Assembly (NCBI GenBank): GCA_951406725.2
Contig: OX597819.1
Span: forward strand, 51,770,001 to 51,834,000
Source: Octopus vulgaris
Lineage: Eukaryota
Direction of reading: 5' to 3'
Length of the DNA: 64,000 bases
The notes beneath the pieces are model-generated. The model worked only from the letters and a program-made list of their open reading frames with translations, had not been told where the DNA came from and made no database searches. This document shows positions 52,702 to 64,000 of this stretch, one piece after another. Position 1 is the first letter of the stretch, and each line of letters opens with the position of its first letter. The position numbers and the translations under genes are program-made.

Positions 52702-53283
52702 TACAAAAAAAAAAGCAATGGTGGACATAATGACATTATCACATTTATCATACATGAATAGGTTGATTTAGAGTTGAGCAGAGAGTAAAGCAAGATTAGA
52801 TCAGTAATAATCTGTGTGTATAACGAGTTTGGGGTCACTTAACCCGAGCTTCGACGTTTTAAGTTTTTACTGTACGTTCGGCACCGCCACCAACACTGTT
52901 GGTTTGTTCGTTTGTTCGTTTGTTTGTTTTTTGAGTGGTTTTTGTTTGTTTTTAATATGGCGACGACGACGACGACGACGACAACGACAATAATCACTGC
53001 CACCACTACCACCACCACCACTACCATAACCGCCATCGTCAATACCACACTAACGTCAATATCATCGCCACACCGCCATTATACTCAGCTGAGTCATTCG
53101 GCGATTTAAAGACAAAGACGAATGGGTAGGTAGAAGGATATGTTTACAATATCTAATAGAAGACCAAACAACGGGGGAAAAAATAATAACCATAATCAAA
53201 TAAAAACATATATATATATACATATATATATACATATTTATATATATATACATATTTATATATATATACACACATATTTATCT

Positions 53284-53321
<38 letters not shown>

Positions 53322-53388
53322 ATGTAGATAGATAGATATATATAGATATAGATATACATATACATATATATATATACACATATTTATC

Positions 53389-53422
<34 letters not shown>

Positions 53423-53501
53423 AATGTAGATAGATATAGATATACATATATATATATACACATATTTATCTACATACATATATATATATATACACACACA
53501 C

Positions 53502-53535
<34 letters not shown>

Positions 53536-54121
53536 ATATACGCACGCATATTTATCTACATATATATATATGTGTGTGTGTGTTTGTGTGTATGGAAAGA
53601 TTCACTCTCCCCACCTCACGCCATCCCCTTCGACCTCCACCCACTTACGAAACACTAATATAAAACATATAAAACGAACGTATATCGAGTTAAGGTAGGG
53701 ATGGGTGGGTGGGTGGGGACGTGGGAGGGTGGTTGGGAGGATTGATTTGAGGTGGATGGGTTGATGGTTGGTTGGCTGGTCGGTTGGTATAGCATAGAAT
53801 CTGATAATATAGATTTCTGTCTGTTTATATGACATCATAGCGAACCTTAACTAATGTGATATAATAGTTTAAGGCAGTTAGAAAGAGAGAAAGTGAGAGA
53901 AAAAGAGAGAGGGAAAGAGAGAGAAAGAAAGAAAGAAAGATAGAGAGAGGGTGGAAGAGGAGGAGGAAAAAAGAGAGACAAGAAGAGATGATGGAAAGGG
54001 AGAAGGAAATTGAAATGATACGAGTAAGTATAGAACCATGTATCGTTATCAACATATCAATATATACGTATATCCACATATGCTTATATACATACTTACA
54101 TACATAGCCTTTCATATGTGT

Positions 54122-54164
<43 letters not shown>

Positions 54165-54208
54165 CATTTACATACACACACACGTATGTATGTATATATC
54201 TATGTATT

Positions 54209-54282
<74 letters not shown>

Positions 54283-54835
54283 TGGATGGATGGCTACACA
54301 AATGTAATTGTATGTGTACACTTACATCTGTATTTGCGCACGATTGACTGATTGACTGATACGTACATGAATATTAAATAAACATACATACATACACATA
54401 CACACACACATATATGTATGTACATACACTTTTTAAGAACAGTGAATATATACTGGTGCATAGATATATATATATGCTTGCATAGATATCTACATACATT
54501 GAAACATACATGCATACATACATACATACATACATACATACATACATACATACATACATACATACATACATACACACATACACACATACATACATACATA
54601 CATACATACTTGCGTACGTACGTACATACATAATCATAAGGCTAGGTTCACAAATATTACTTACAATATGAATTCACGAAGAAATTACGTGGATAGATTA
54701 AGTTAATTGTGAATATGAGCTCGAGACACTTGTCATTACGTAGTCTCTCATGCTCGAGGTAATATACCCAGGCGAAAACAGTTTGTGATGATAACATGAG
54801 TACGGCTGAATAATGCACTAGGAACAGAATGACGT

Positions 54836-55148
54836 GTGGAGGCGCAATGGCCCAGTGGTTAGGGCAGCGGATTCGCGGATGGTGGATCGCGGTTTCGATT
54901 CCCAGATCGGGCGTTGTGTGTGTTTATTGAGCGAAAACACCTAAAAGCTCCACGAGGGTCCAGGAGGGGTCGTGGCGACCCCTGTTGTACTCTTTCGCTC
55001 CAGCTTTCTCTCACTCTTTCTTCCCGTTTCTTGAGTAACGCTTCGATGGATTGGCATCCCGTCCAGTTGGGGGGACACATACGCCACAGAAACCGGGAAA
55101 CCGGGCCCATGCGCATGGCTAGGCTTGAAAAGGGCGCATAAATAAATA
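54836..55148 (+). mobile_element. SINE family D variant with target-site duplication
   Basis: TSD AACAGAATGA at 54823-54832 and 55149-55158; D head; gatggattggcatcccgtccag V-like block; (TAAA)n tail. Confidence 0.88.
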
Positions 55149-55844
55149 AACAGAATGATGGATGAGATTTTTGTTTACTTCATCAGGTTTGATAGCTGGT
55201 ACACTTCTGGCATGAAGGTTATATATATCTAGTTGTTTAATCCAGGCCAAATATTTTATTAAAATTAATAAAATAATAATTTTGTTTTCTCATTAAAACA
55301 ATAGCACATTAACTCGGATTTTCTGATTAAAATGCTTTTTGCTTTAGTTAATATTTGTAATACTTCCTCACTGCAGAAATTTCGGTAAGTCCTTCCATTA
55401 AAATAATTCTTGTTGTGTGCTAATATACAACATGAAATATTAACATGGTGCTCTTACACCTGAGTTACCTTACAGAGATGAGGAGAGCCGTTATTTGCTA
55501 ATTTATAGGTGAATCTGCGTTTCGAATGACGGCTCTTTAGTGTTCTTTGTCACAAATCTATATAAAATGTTAATGTGCTCTAAACCTTGATGGAGAGCAA
55601 TCATACCAGCTCCGTAAACATCGCATTTCGGAATTGCATTTACGATAATACACACACACACCCCTATGTATATCTGCAGGGATACATGCCTGTACATACA
55701 CAGATAGACATACACATGCTAGAAACCTACCCTTTACATCCCGACCAAGCACCATCCGTCGGGATACAAAGGGTAGGCTTCTAGCATTTTCAAATTTATA
55801 AATTCTCGAAATATTATGTTGATGACAGAAATGAATTTGTATAA

Positions 55845-56150
55845 TTCTAAGCCAGAAACGCGTCCATAATTAATCGAAGACTGTTTGATTTCATTATTTT
55901 ATTTCTTCTTTTTGCCTATGTGAGTTACAAATATTGTTATCTGTGGAGTCATATCTGTAGTGAAAAGGAATTAGCTGTCTTTTGGCTGCTATTTCTAATT
56001 TTTTGGTAATTGGTGAAGCAAATTGTTGCTAAAGCCTTAATTATATTTGATTATATATAAATGTAAAAGTTTCTACCGATAATGGTTCTCTTTCCATACC
56101 GAAACTACTTGGTAAAATTGATTAATTATTAAATTAATAATTCTTTACCC
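55845..56150. mobile_element. Diverged homolog of the 41441-41750 repeat unit
   Basis: Blocks shared in order: ccagaaac, ttttgc.tatgtga.ttaca, ggagtc, ctgctatttcta, aagcaa, cataccgaa, gtaaa. Confidence 0.65.
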
Positions 56151-56204
56151 TATATCTGTAATGTACATGTATATACATATATGCATACACATATATAGCA
56201 CATA

Positions 56205-56272
<68 letters not shown>

Positions 56273-56989
56273 ATCGGAAACTGACGAAATTGTGATGACA
56301 TTTGTCGATAACAGACGAGGGACTGAGCAAGTCCGTTTTCAGTGTTCATCTTTTTTTTTCTTTTTGCTTGTTTTCAGTATGTCTGCCGTTATCCTACGCC
56401 ACATTTTTGTGAATAATATCAACGATATATTAGAGTCATATTGACTCCAGACTCTAACGCACAAAATTATGTATCTACCTCCCACTGTAATGACGTTAAT
56501 GGAATGAAAGAATGATAGAATCATAAAGTTCGTTAATTGAGTTCGTAATTCGACGAGATTATATTGTTGTAATAACGAATCGTGTTGTGGTGCAGGGCAA
56601 AAGGGAAATGAGATGAACAAGAACATCCGAAAAGATATTTAGAATGTGTACGACGAAAAACTTGTTGAAGCAAATCACGCGAAGAAGGAAAACAACGCCA
56701 ATAACTATGACAACAACAACAACATCAACAAGAATAGCAACAACAAAATAACAATGATCAACGTTAGCAATAATATAAATGATTTCAGGAAGAACAACAG
56801 AAACAGCTAAAACTACGCACGAGGAGGAGAACAGAGACGACGAGAAGAAGAGAAGAGAAAAGTAATAACAGAAAAGAATGTAAGACTATATATCACATAT
56901 GAGTTGTAGACGTATATTATTTCATGAATAATGTATGATTTCTGTTAAGGAGAGGCATTTCGTGTGTTAAATATTCTGGTGTATGTATA

Positions 56990-57056
<67 letters not shown>

Positions 57057-57410
57057 ATTTCCTTTGCAAGATTCTTGATGTGAAGCCATGATCTGAAACA
57101 AATATTATCATACATAGGGATGGCAATATGTTGTCAATTAAACACACGCTCAATATATTTGGTCTTCACTTCAGCTTCATTATTATTATTGTTATTATTA
57201 TTGTTGTTGTTGTTGTTGTTGTTATTATAATTTATTTGTCGAAGATCTTTCGTCACACATCCTGTGAGCTCTTCATTGTCTCTCTGTCACACGGGTCTCT
57301 TCCTGTTCTTGCTTCTGCTCATTCCAATTTGTCTTTCTGTGATTTGCGCATATGTTTGCGGCTGTATCCGTGCGTATATGTGTGCATGTGTCAATATGTT
57401 TAGTACGTTT

Positions 57411-57625
57411 AAGGTGGCGAGCTGACAGAAACGTTAGCACGCCGGGCAAAATGCTCGGCGGTATTCCGTCTGTCTTTACGTTCTGAGTTCAAATTCCGCC
57501 GTGGTCGACTTTGCCTTTCATCCTCTCGGGGTCGATAAATTAAGTACCAGTTGCGTACTGAGGTCGATCTAATCGACTAGCCCCCTCCCACCAATATTTC
57601 GGGCCTTGTGCCTAGAGCAAAAGCG
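57411..57625 (+). mobile_element. Full-length SINE family B (tail type 2) with a 16-bp TSD
   Basis: AATATGTTTAGTACGT at 57393-57408 and 57626-57641. Confidence 0.93.
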
Positions 57626-59213
57626 AATATGTTTAGTACGTGTGTTTTATGTGCAAATATATGGGTTTACTTACTACACTCTTTGTACCCGTGTTTAATA
57701 TGTATGCACACACACTCACATATACATATATATATCAAAGGTTAAACAGAAAGATCACAACAAGGAGAACACACTGCAAATTGAAGACGAAAACACAAGC
57801 GGAGAACCAACAAAAACAACATACAGAGAACTAGACGATAACATAAAAAAACGGGTAACAGGACAAAGACGAGACACACGGAACATTCGCTGCCGATTTC
57901 CTCCCCAGCCCATGTCCAGAATGTCCTAGCAGTTTCGCGCTTTTTAGCATTGAGACTGCTCGATTCCGGTAAGCGCTAGAGCTTTAAGTTTCTGGGAAAA
58001 GCTATCAAACATATACAAGAACAAAACCAAGAATAAGAACGCTAAAAAAATACGTATACAATACGTCATGATGAAAATGATACAAATACAACATAAAAAC
58101 GACTTTCGGTTATACAACAAAAGGAAAATAATTATACATTTACAACATGAATAAATAACAGAAAGGGTCTTTCGACTATCAGAGGAGAGTAGTAGGCTGG
58201 CGCAAAGGAGAAATGAAAAGTCCTAACAGACTGAGCAGGAGAACAAACAAACGTGACCAGCCTAAACGGCAAGTGACTGGAAAAGAACGATAATACCCTG
58301 GCCAGACACCGATCTTGTGGTAGGAAAGGAAAAGAGTTGTAGAAGGCAGATGAATTAAAGAATAAGAGGGAAGAGAGGAAAGAGAGAGGGGAGGAAAGAG
58401 GGACTAAGGAATAAGAGAGAGGGAAAAGAAATCAGAATGACTGAAGAATGAGAGGGAAGGAAAGAGAGACAGAGAGAGAGACAAACAGACAGATAGACAG
58501 AGAGAAAGAAAGAAAATGAAGGTACAAGGAAGACAAGCGAGGAAAGAAAGAGATAGTAAGAGATAGTGAGAGTCACACAATAACTATTCAAGGAATATTT
58601 TTTACAAACTAAACAACAGGTTGCGCAATGTGCCGCATATATGTGTATGTGTATGTGTGTGTAAGAGAAAGAAGAAAATGCTTTAAGAATTTGATGGACG
58701 AAAGAAAGAATATATTTATATTTTTTTATTATTATTTTATTACTATTTTATCCTTTTTTTATTAAAATATGCTATCGGTTTCAATTAAATTTTAAACCGA
58801 TTCATTTATAATGTAAGAGAAAGTATTTCTTTGTTAGAAAGTCCCTAACATGGTGAGCTGCCACTTAGTGCAAGAGATTATGAAGGAGAAATTAAGATGA
58901 AAGGACGGAATTTACCTTTGACTTGAAACAGAGTTCAGGTCATAAGAAGTGGGTGGGAAACAATGAGATGGAAGAGAGTTACAAAGTCTCGTAGTTCAAG
59001 GCTACGACCGTAGAAAGGCTTCATATTCGTAGAATGAATTAAACCAAATTAACCTTCCATGACATCATGTTTTACTTACAAAATTCATATAGTGCTGTTA
59101 ACTGATTTTCCTTCTGTGATAGCTGCTGGGTCGTGGAATTAGTGGTAATAACAGTTTTAGCAGCGGTAGTTCTCTTTTATTTCTTACGGTGAATGTTGAT
59201 TTGAAGACATTGC

Positions 59214-59247
<34 letters not shown>

Positions 59248-59433
59248 GGTGGTGGTGGTAGTGGTAGTGGTGGTGGTGGTGGTGGTATCAGTCACTTGTA
59301 GAAGCAGTATTAATAGCTTGAGCAGCACTTATTGTGGCAGTCGTAGTGGAAATGGAAGAACCCATTTTGTAGGAGTGGTTTGTTCCTCGATTATTTTAAT
59401 TTGTGATCTATGCAGAATCATACGCTTGTACGT

Positions 59434-59747
59434 TGTTGTTGTTTCATCCTTTAGGAGGAACAGTTGTTTGTTCCTTCTCGAGCCACGCCTGGTTCGTTAT
59501 GGCCGGTTTCCCGGTTTCCTTGGCGTATAGGTTCCCCACCTTGACGGGACGCCAGTCGGTCGCAGGTGAGCCGCAAGATGCAGGAGGAAAGAGTGAGAAA
59601 AAGTTGTGGCGAAAGAGTCAGCAGAAGTTCGCCATTACCTTCTGCCGGAGCTTGGGTGTTTCGCTCATAAACACAAACATCGCCCGGTCTGAGATTCGAA
59701 CCCACGATCCCTCGACCGCGAGTCCGCTGCTCTGACCACAAAGCCAC
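59434..59747 (-). mobile_element. SINE family D subfamily 2 with a 12-bp TSD
   Basis: ACGCTTGTACGT at 59422-59433 and 59748-59759. Confidence 0.88.
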
Positions 59748-59787
59748 ACGCTTGTACGTACTAGGCGGCAAATGTAACACCGGTGGA

Positions 59788-59980
59788 GGGCGACGAGCTG
59801 GCAAAGGACGAAATGCTTAGCGGTGTTTCGTCTGCCGAGGTCGACTTTACCTTTCATCCTTTCGGGGTCGACTAAATAAGTACCAGTTATGCCCTGAGGT
59901 CGATGTAATCGATTGAATTCCTTTGTCTGTCCTTGTTTGTCCCCTCTATGTTTATCTCCTGTGGGCAATAAAGAAATAAA
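59788..59980 (+). mobile_element. SINE family B (tail type 1), internally deleted
   Basis: Ends cctgtgggcaataaagaaata; TSD-like AAATGT(A/T)AC(A/G)CCGGT at 59770-59784 and 59978-59992. Confidence 0.85.
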
Positions 59981-60079
59981 TGTTACGCCGGTTGCCTAAA
60001 TACTTTATAGTACCAGGTCATCCCTCCGCTCAGAACCAATGTCTCTAACTCATCAATTAAATAAACTCATCAATTAAAT

Positions 60080-60330
60080 AAAAGTGTCATATATATTCAT
60101 AAGTCTTGGAGCTTTTGGCCTAGTTTGTCTGCATATCTTTTAATGTACCTAAAACATCTATTGTTATAGGGCTTGCTTCTATATTCAGGCTCCACATTCA
60201 AGTTATTTCAATTTCAAGATCTTTGTATTTCGACAGCTTCTTCATTTCTTTAAAGACACATTGTCATCTCTTGGGATTGATAAGTCGATTAGGAAGCTTT
60301 CTTTTGTCTCGATAATCATTATTTTTTTTT
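60080..60330 (-). pseudogene. R4/Dong-like restriction-like endonuclease (RLE) domain remnant
   Basis: FLIDLSIPRDDNVSLK/MKKLSKYKDLEIEIT*MWSLNIEASPITIDVLGTLK fits the ID..IP.D.N...KE.EK..KY.DL..E...MW......P...GALG pattern. Confidence 0.8.
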
Positions 60331-60448
60331 TCTTTCTTCGGTAGTTTCCTGCTAGGTTCTACTGCACCGCTTGGTGCACCTGAGGTGTTCGCAGCATTGC
60401 ATTCTTATTTTTGCGTGGATTGGACAAACTTCCTCCTATTGGTGAGGC

Positions 60449-60838
60449 GTGGAGGCGCAATGGCCCAGTGGTTAGGGCAGCGGACTCGCGGTCGTAAGAT
60501 CGCGGTTTCGATTCCCAGACCGGGCGTTGTGAGTGTTTATTGAGCGAAAACATCTAAAGCTCCATGAGGCTCCGGCAGGGGATGGTGGTGATCCCTGCTG
60601 TACTCTTTCACCACAACTTTCTCTCACTCTCACTTCCTGTTTCTGTTGTACCTGTATTTCAAAGGGCCGGCCTTGTCACTCTCTGTGTCACGCTGAATAT
60701 CCCCGAGAACTACGTTAAGGGTACACGTGTCTGTGGAATGCTCAACCACTTACACGTTAATTTCACGAGCAGGCTGTTCCGTTGATTCGGATCAACCGGA
60801 ACCCTCGTCGTCGTAACCGACGGAGTGCTTCCCCATCC
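60449..60838 (+). mobile_element. Full-length SINE family D subfamily 1 with an 11-bp TSD
   Basis: ATTGGTGAGGC at 60438-60448 and 60839-60849; A box tggcccagtgg, B box gtttcgattcc. Confidence 0.92.
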
Positions 60839-61102
60839 ATTGGTGAGGCACACCAGCTTGTTTTGTTATGAAGTTTAGCTTTTACTTTTGCTTTTTTTTT
60901 TTTTTGGTGGAGGGCTTCTTGTTATATTAGTGTATGTAGGCGGTGTGTGCAGTGTGAGTTGTGTTATTTTTGCTGTGTCGCTAGCTACGGCAGTTCAAGA
61001 TGCACGCAGAGCGACGAAACGCCCCCGCTGCTTTCGTACAGTTCTCGAGCATTGCTGATTCGTGTGGTTATACTGAACACTTGCAATTATTACGATCGAT
61101 AT

Positions 61103-61313
61103 TAAGGCGCCGAGCTGGCAGAATCGTTAGCACACCGGGTAATATGCTTAGCGACATTCTGTCCGTCTTTACGTTCTGAGTTCAAATTCCGCTGAGGTCG
61201 ACTTTGCCGTTCATCATTTCGGAGATGATAAAGCAAGTACTATTTGAACAGAGAGACTGATGTAATCGACTGACTACCTCCCCCAAAGTTGCTGGATTTG
61301 AGCCAAAATGCTA
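61103..61313 (+). mobile_element. SINE family B (tail type 2-like)
   Basis: aaggcgccgagctggcagaatcgttagc...gagttcaaattcc...gaggtcgactttgcc. Confidence 0.85.
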
Positions 61314-61314
61314 A

Positions 61315-61365
<51 letters not shown>

Positions 61366-61908
61366 GAGTGAGAGAGCAGTGCATGCCATCAAAGTAACAC
61401 TGGCGTAAAATATATGAAGCCTAGTATACCCATCATGACTACCCGTCTGATAAGGGTACACTAGGCACATGCATCACAACCATATCTGCGCTACCTGGTG
61501 ATCTCATATCAAAATAAAAAACGCATGACCTTGCAGGTGGGGCCCAGTTAGAATTTTCTTCTGGTCGAGTAGCCCATCCCGCTCTAAAGGTCCCTGAATA
61601 AGGATTGTTTAAGGATGTTGAACGAACCACCCATGTTTCCAGAGGTGAATTATCCAAACCCCAAAGACTTCCTCTCAGCATACGGCTATGATGCTCCCCC
61701 ACTACTTCTCCTCGTGATCAGAAATGCACATATAGTCAGCCACCAAGGGACATGCTCAACTGGTTAAGGTCAAACAACTGACAAGTAAATCTGTGGTATT
61801 GAGCAGAATATTTGCTGTAGCCCATCTTTTATACCAAGACAAAACAATGTAAATGATAACACATCCAATCAGTTAAGATGAGAAGTCATGAAAGCCACTG
61901 CATGGTAC

Positions 61909-61912
<4 letters not shown>
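61366..61912 (-). mobile_element. Family C retroposon embedded in (TAA)n/(TTA)n
   Basis: Collinear with 24061-24600; (TTA)n at 61315-61365 and 61913-62222. Confidence 0.88.
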
Positions 61913-61973
<61 letters not shown>

Positions 61974-62005
61974 CTTCATCATCATCATCATTATAATTAT
62001 TGTTG

Positions 62006-62037
<32 letters not shown>

Positions 62038-62065
62038 GTTATTATTATTATTATCATCATAATTA

Positions 62066-62100
<35 letters not shown>

Positions 62101-62129
62101 GTTGTTGTTGTTATTCATTATTATTATTA

Positions 62130-62206
<77 letters not shown>

Positions 62207-62411
62207 CGTCATCATTATTATTGTTCCAATTGAGTATTTTATAGACATTAAATTATCCTCCTAAGAGAATATTTTTTCGAAACTGACTCCATTTAACGAC
62301 TAATTTATCATCCTCTCCACTTCCCATTCGGTTCAGGGTCGCACGATGCCTACAGACTATCTCCTGCTATATAAGGCAACATAGCTAACCTGTTTATTCT
62401 CCTCTTAATGA

Positions 62412-62520
62412 TCCGACTGATGAGACGCACACACACAAAAATTAAAATAAACAAATAATAAAAGATAATAAAAAAGTAAAAAATGAACAACAACTTGTCG
62501 AAACTATGCATTGTCCTGGA
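62412..62520 (+). ncRNA. Hammerhead ribozyme-like motif with an expanded A-rich loop II
   Basis: tccga CTGATGA gac [~70 nt CA/A-rich] gtc GAAAC tatgcatt GTC ctgga; intact core, G-C closing stem II, ATGCAT palindrome, GUC site, imperfect stem I. Confidence 0.6.
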
Positions 62521-63056
62521 ATTTATAAGATATTTACCATATCTATTTTGTATGGAATAACTCTTGTTTTACAATTCGCTTTCTTTTGTATCTCGTAGTC
62601 AATTGTCATAGCTCCAAAATCATTAAATATTTCATGGAGCAATTAAGAAAAGAGTTACGATACATTCTTCACTGGCACGTGTTTATATATATATATATAT
62701 ATATATACAAGTCGTTCATACATACATGCATTTGTATAAACACACCCACACACATATATAAACCTATATATATAAACATATACATATATATATATATGTA
62801 TATATACACATGAGTGCATATATATATTTCCATATACATACGTACATTTTATATATGTATGTATATACGTATATATGCTTATATACCTATATATGCGTAC
62901 TATGTGCTATATACTATATATGTATATGTGTATATACATCTCTCTCAATCTCTCTGTCTCTCTTTCTCTCTCTCTCACTATATATATATATATACACACA
63001 CATACATATATTTAGTATTTACATGCACATACATTGATAATATACTATATAACATG

Positions 63057-63087
<31 letters not shown>

Positions 63088-63154
63088 TTACATTTCTTTC
63101 TTTCTCTCTCTCACTCTCAATCTCTCTTTCTCTCTCTCTCTCACTCTCTATCTC

Positions 63155-63221
<67 letters not shown>

Positions 63222-63707
63222 GTATGTATTTATAAGTATGTCTCTATATATATGTAAAGTATAAATGCATAGCTTTTCAAAAGCAGGACATGTCAGCTAT
63301 TTTTAATCTCCCTATCTATCCCATATCCCTCCTCACTCTCCCCCCGACCACAATGTTTGCTTCTACCCTTCCTTTATTACATTTAACGCCCCACCCCTTC
63401 CCCCTTAACCATCTCAACACACACACACAATCAATATCTAAACTCGTAAACACAATGCTATTAAATATGGCAATCGATAAACATTTGATATATTGTCTAG
63501 ATTCGAAGTGGTAGAGAAGTGTGTGTGGAGGGAGGTATGGGTTGGGGAGGCCAGCAGTGGTAGATGGGAAGTGGCACACACATACACACACATACGTACA
63601 CACACATCTGTATTTACATATGCATATGTGTATATATACATACATATATATACATATATATATATGCATATATATATATATATATGTATGTATATATGCC
63701 TAAGCAT

Positions 63708-63751
<44 letters not shown>

Positions 63752-64000
63752 GCGTGTGTGTGTAGGCACGTAGATATGTATGGTTTAAATGGATATGTTT
63801 AAACATACATTCTCGTATATATATATATATATATTCATATGCATATTTATAATGCATCCCATATATGTAGTGACATGTAAGTGTGCATTTTGGGATATAT
63901 GTATTCATATATGCAATTACAAATGTGTCTGAAAGTATGCATGTATATATTTCTATACATAAGTATGTGTTACATATATATATATATATATATATATATA

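Overview
Eukaryotic, AT-rich DNA saturated with microsatellites. The SINE families and the density of (TA)n, (GATA)n, (CA)n, (TAA)n and (GGT)n point to an octopus (coleoid cephalopod) genome; this is an inference from recognised repeats. I find no supportable host protein-coding exon, rRNA, intact tRNA or CRISPR array, and almost all ORF-track entries are translated simple repeats. The window is a transposon graveyard: Tx1/L1-clade LINE pieces, CR1-, R4/Dong- and Hero-like LINE remnants, Helitrons (one with a PIF1 helicase remnant), a decayed Chapaev3-like transposase, mariner and pogo-like MITEs, and more than 25 copies or fragments of at least four tRNA-derived SINE families (labelled A, B, D and E here). 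Most notable: (1) a Tx1-like LINE that appears to target (GATA)n/(TATC)n, with two 3' copies flanked on both sides and a putative third 5' end in tandem; (2) dispersed minimal hammerhead-ribozyme motifs in microsatellite-flanked, often fold-back modules that look like Penelope pseudo-LTRs; (3) two SINE-LINE pairs sharing 3' tails; (4) a pLTR-like module with direct and inverted repeats but no hammerhead, carrying a candidate pseudoknot; (5) apparent partitioning of microsatellite types among mobile-element families. Everything was read by eye; no alignments or database searches were run.
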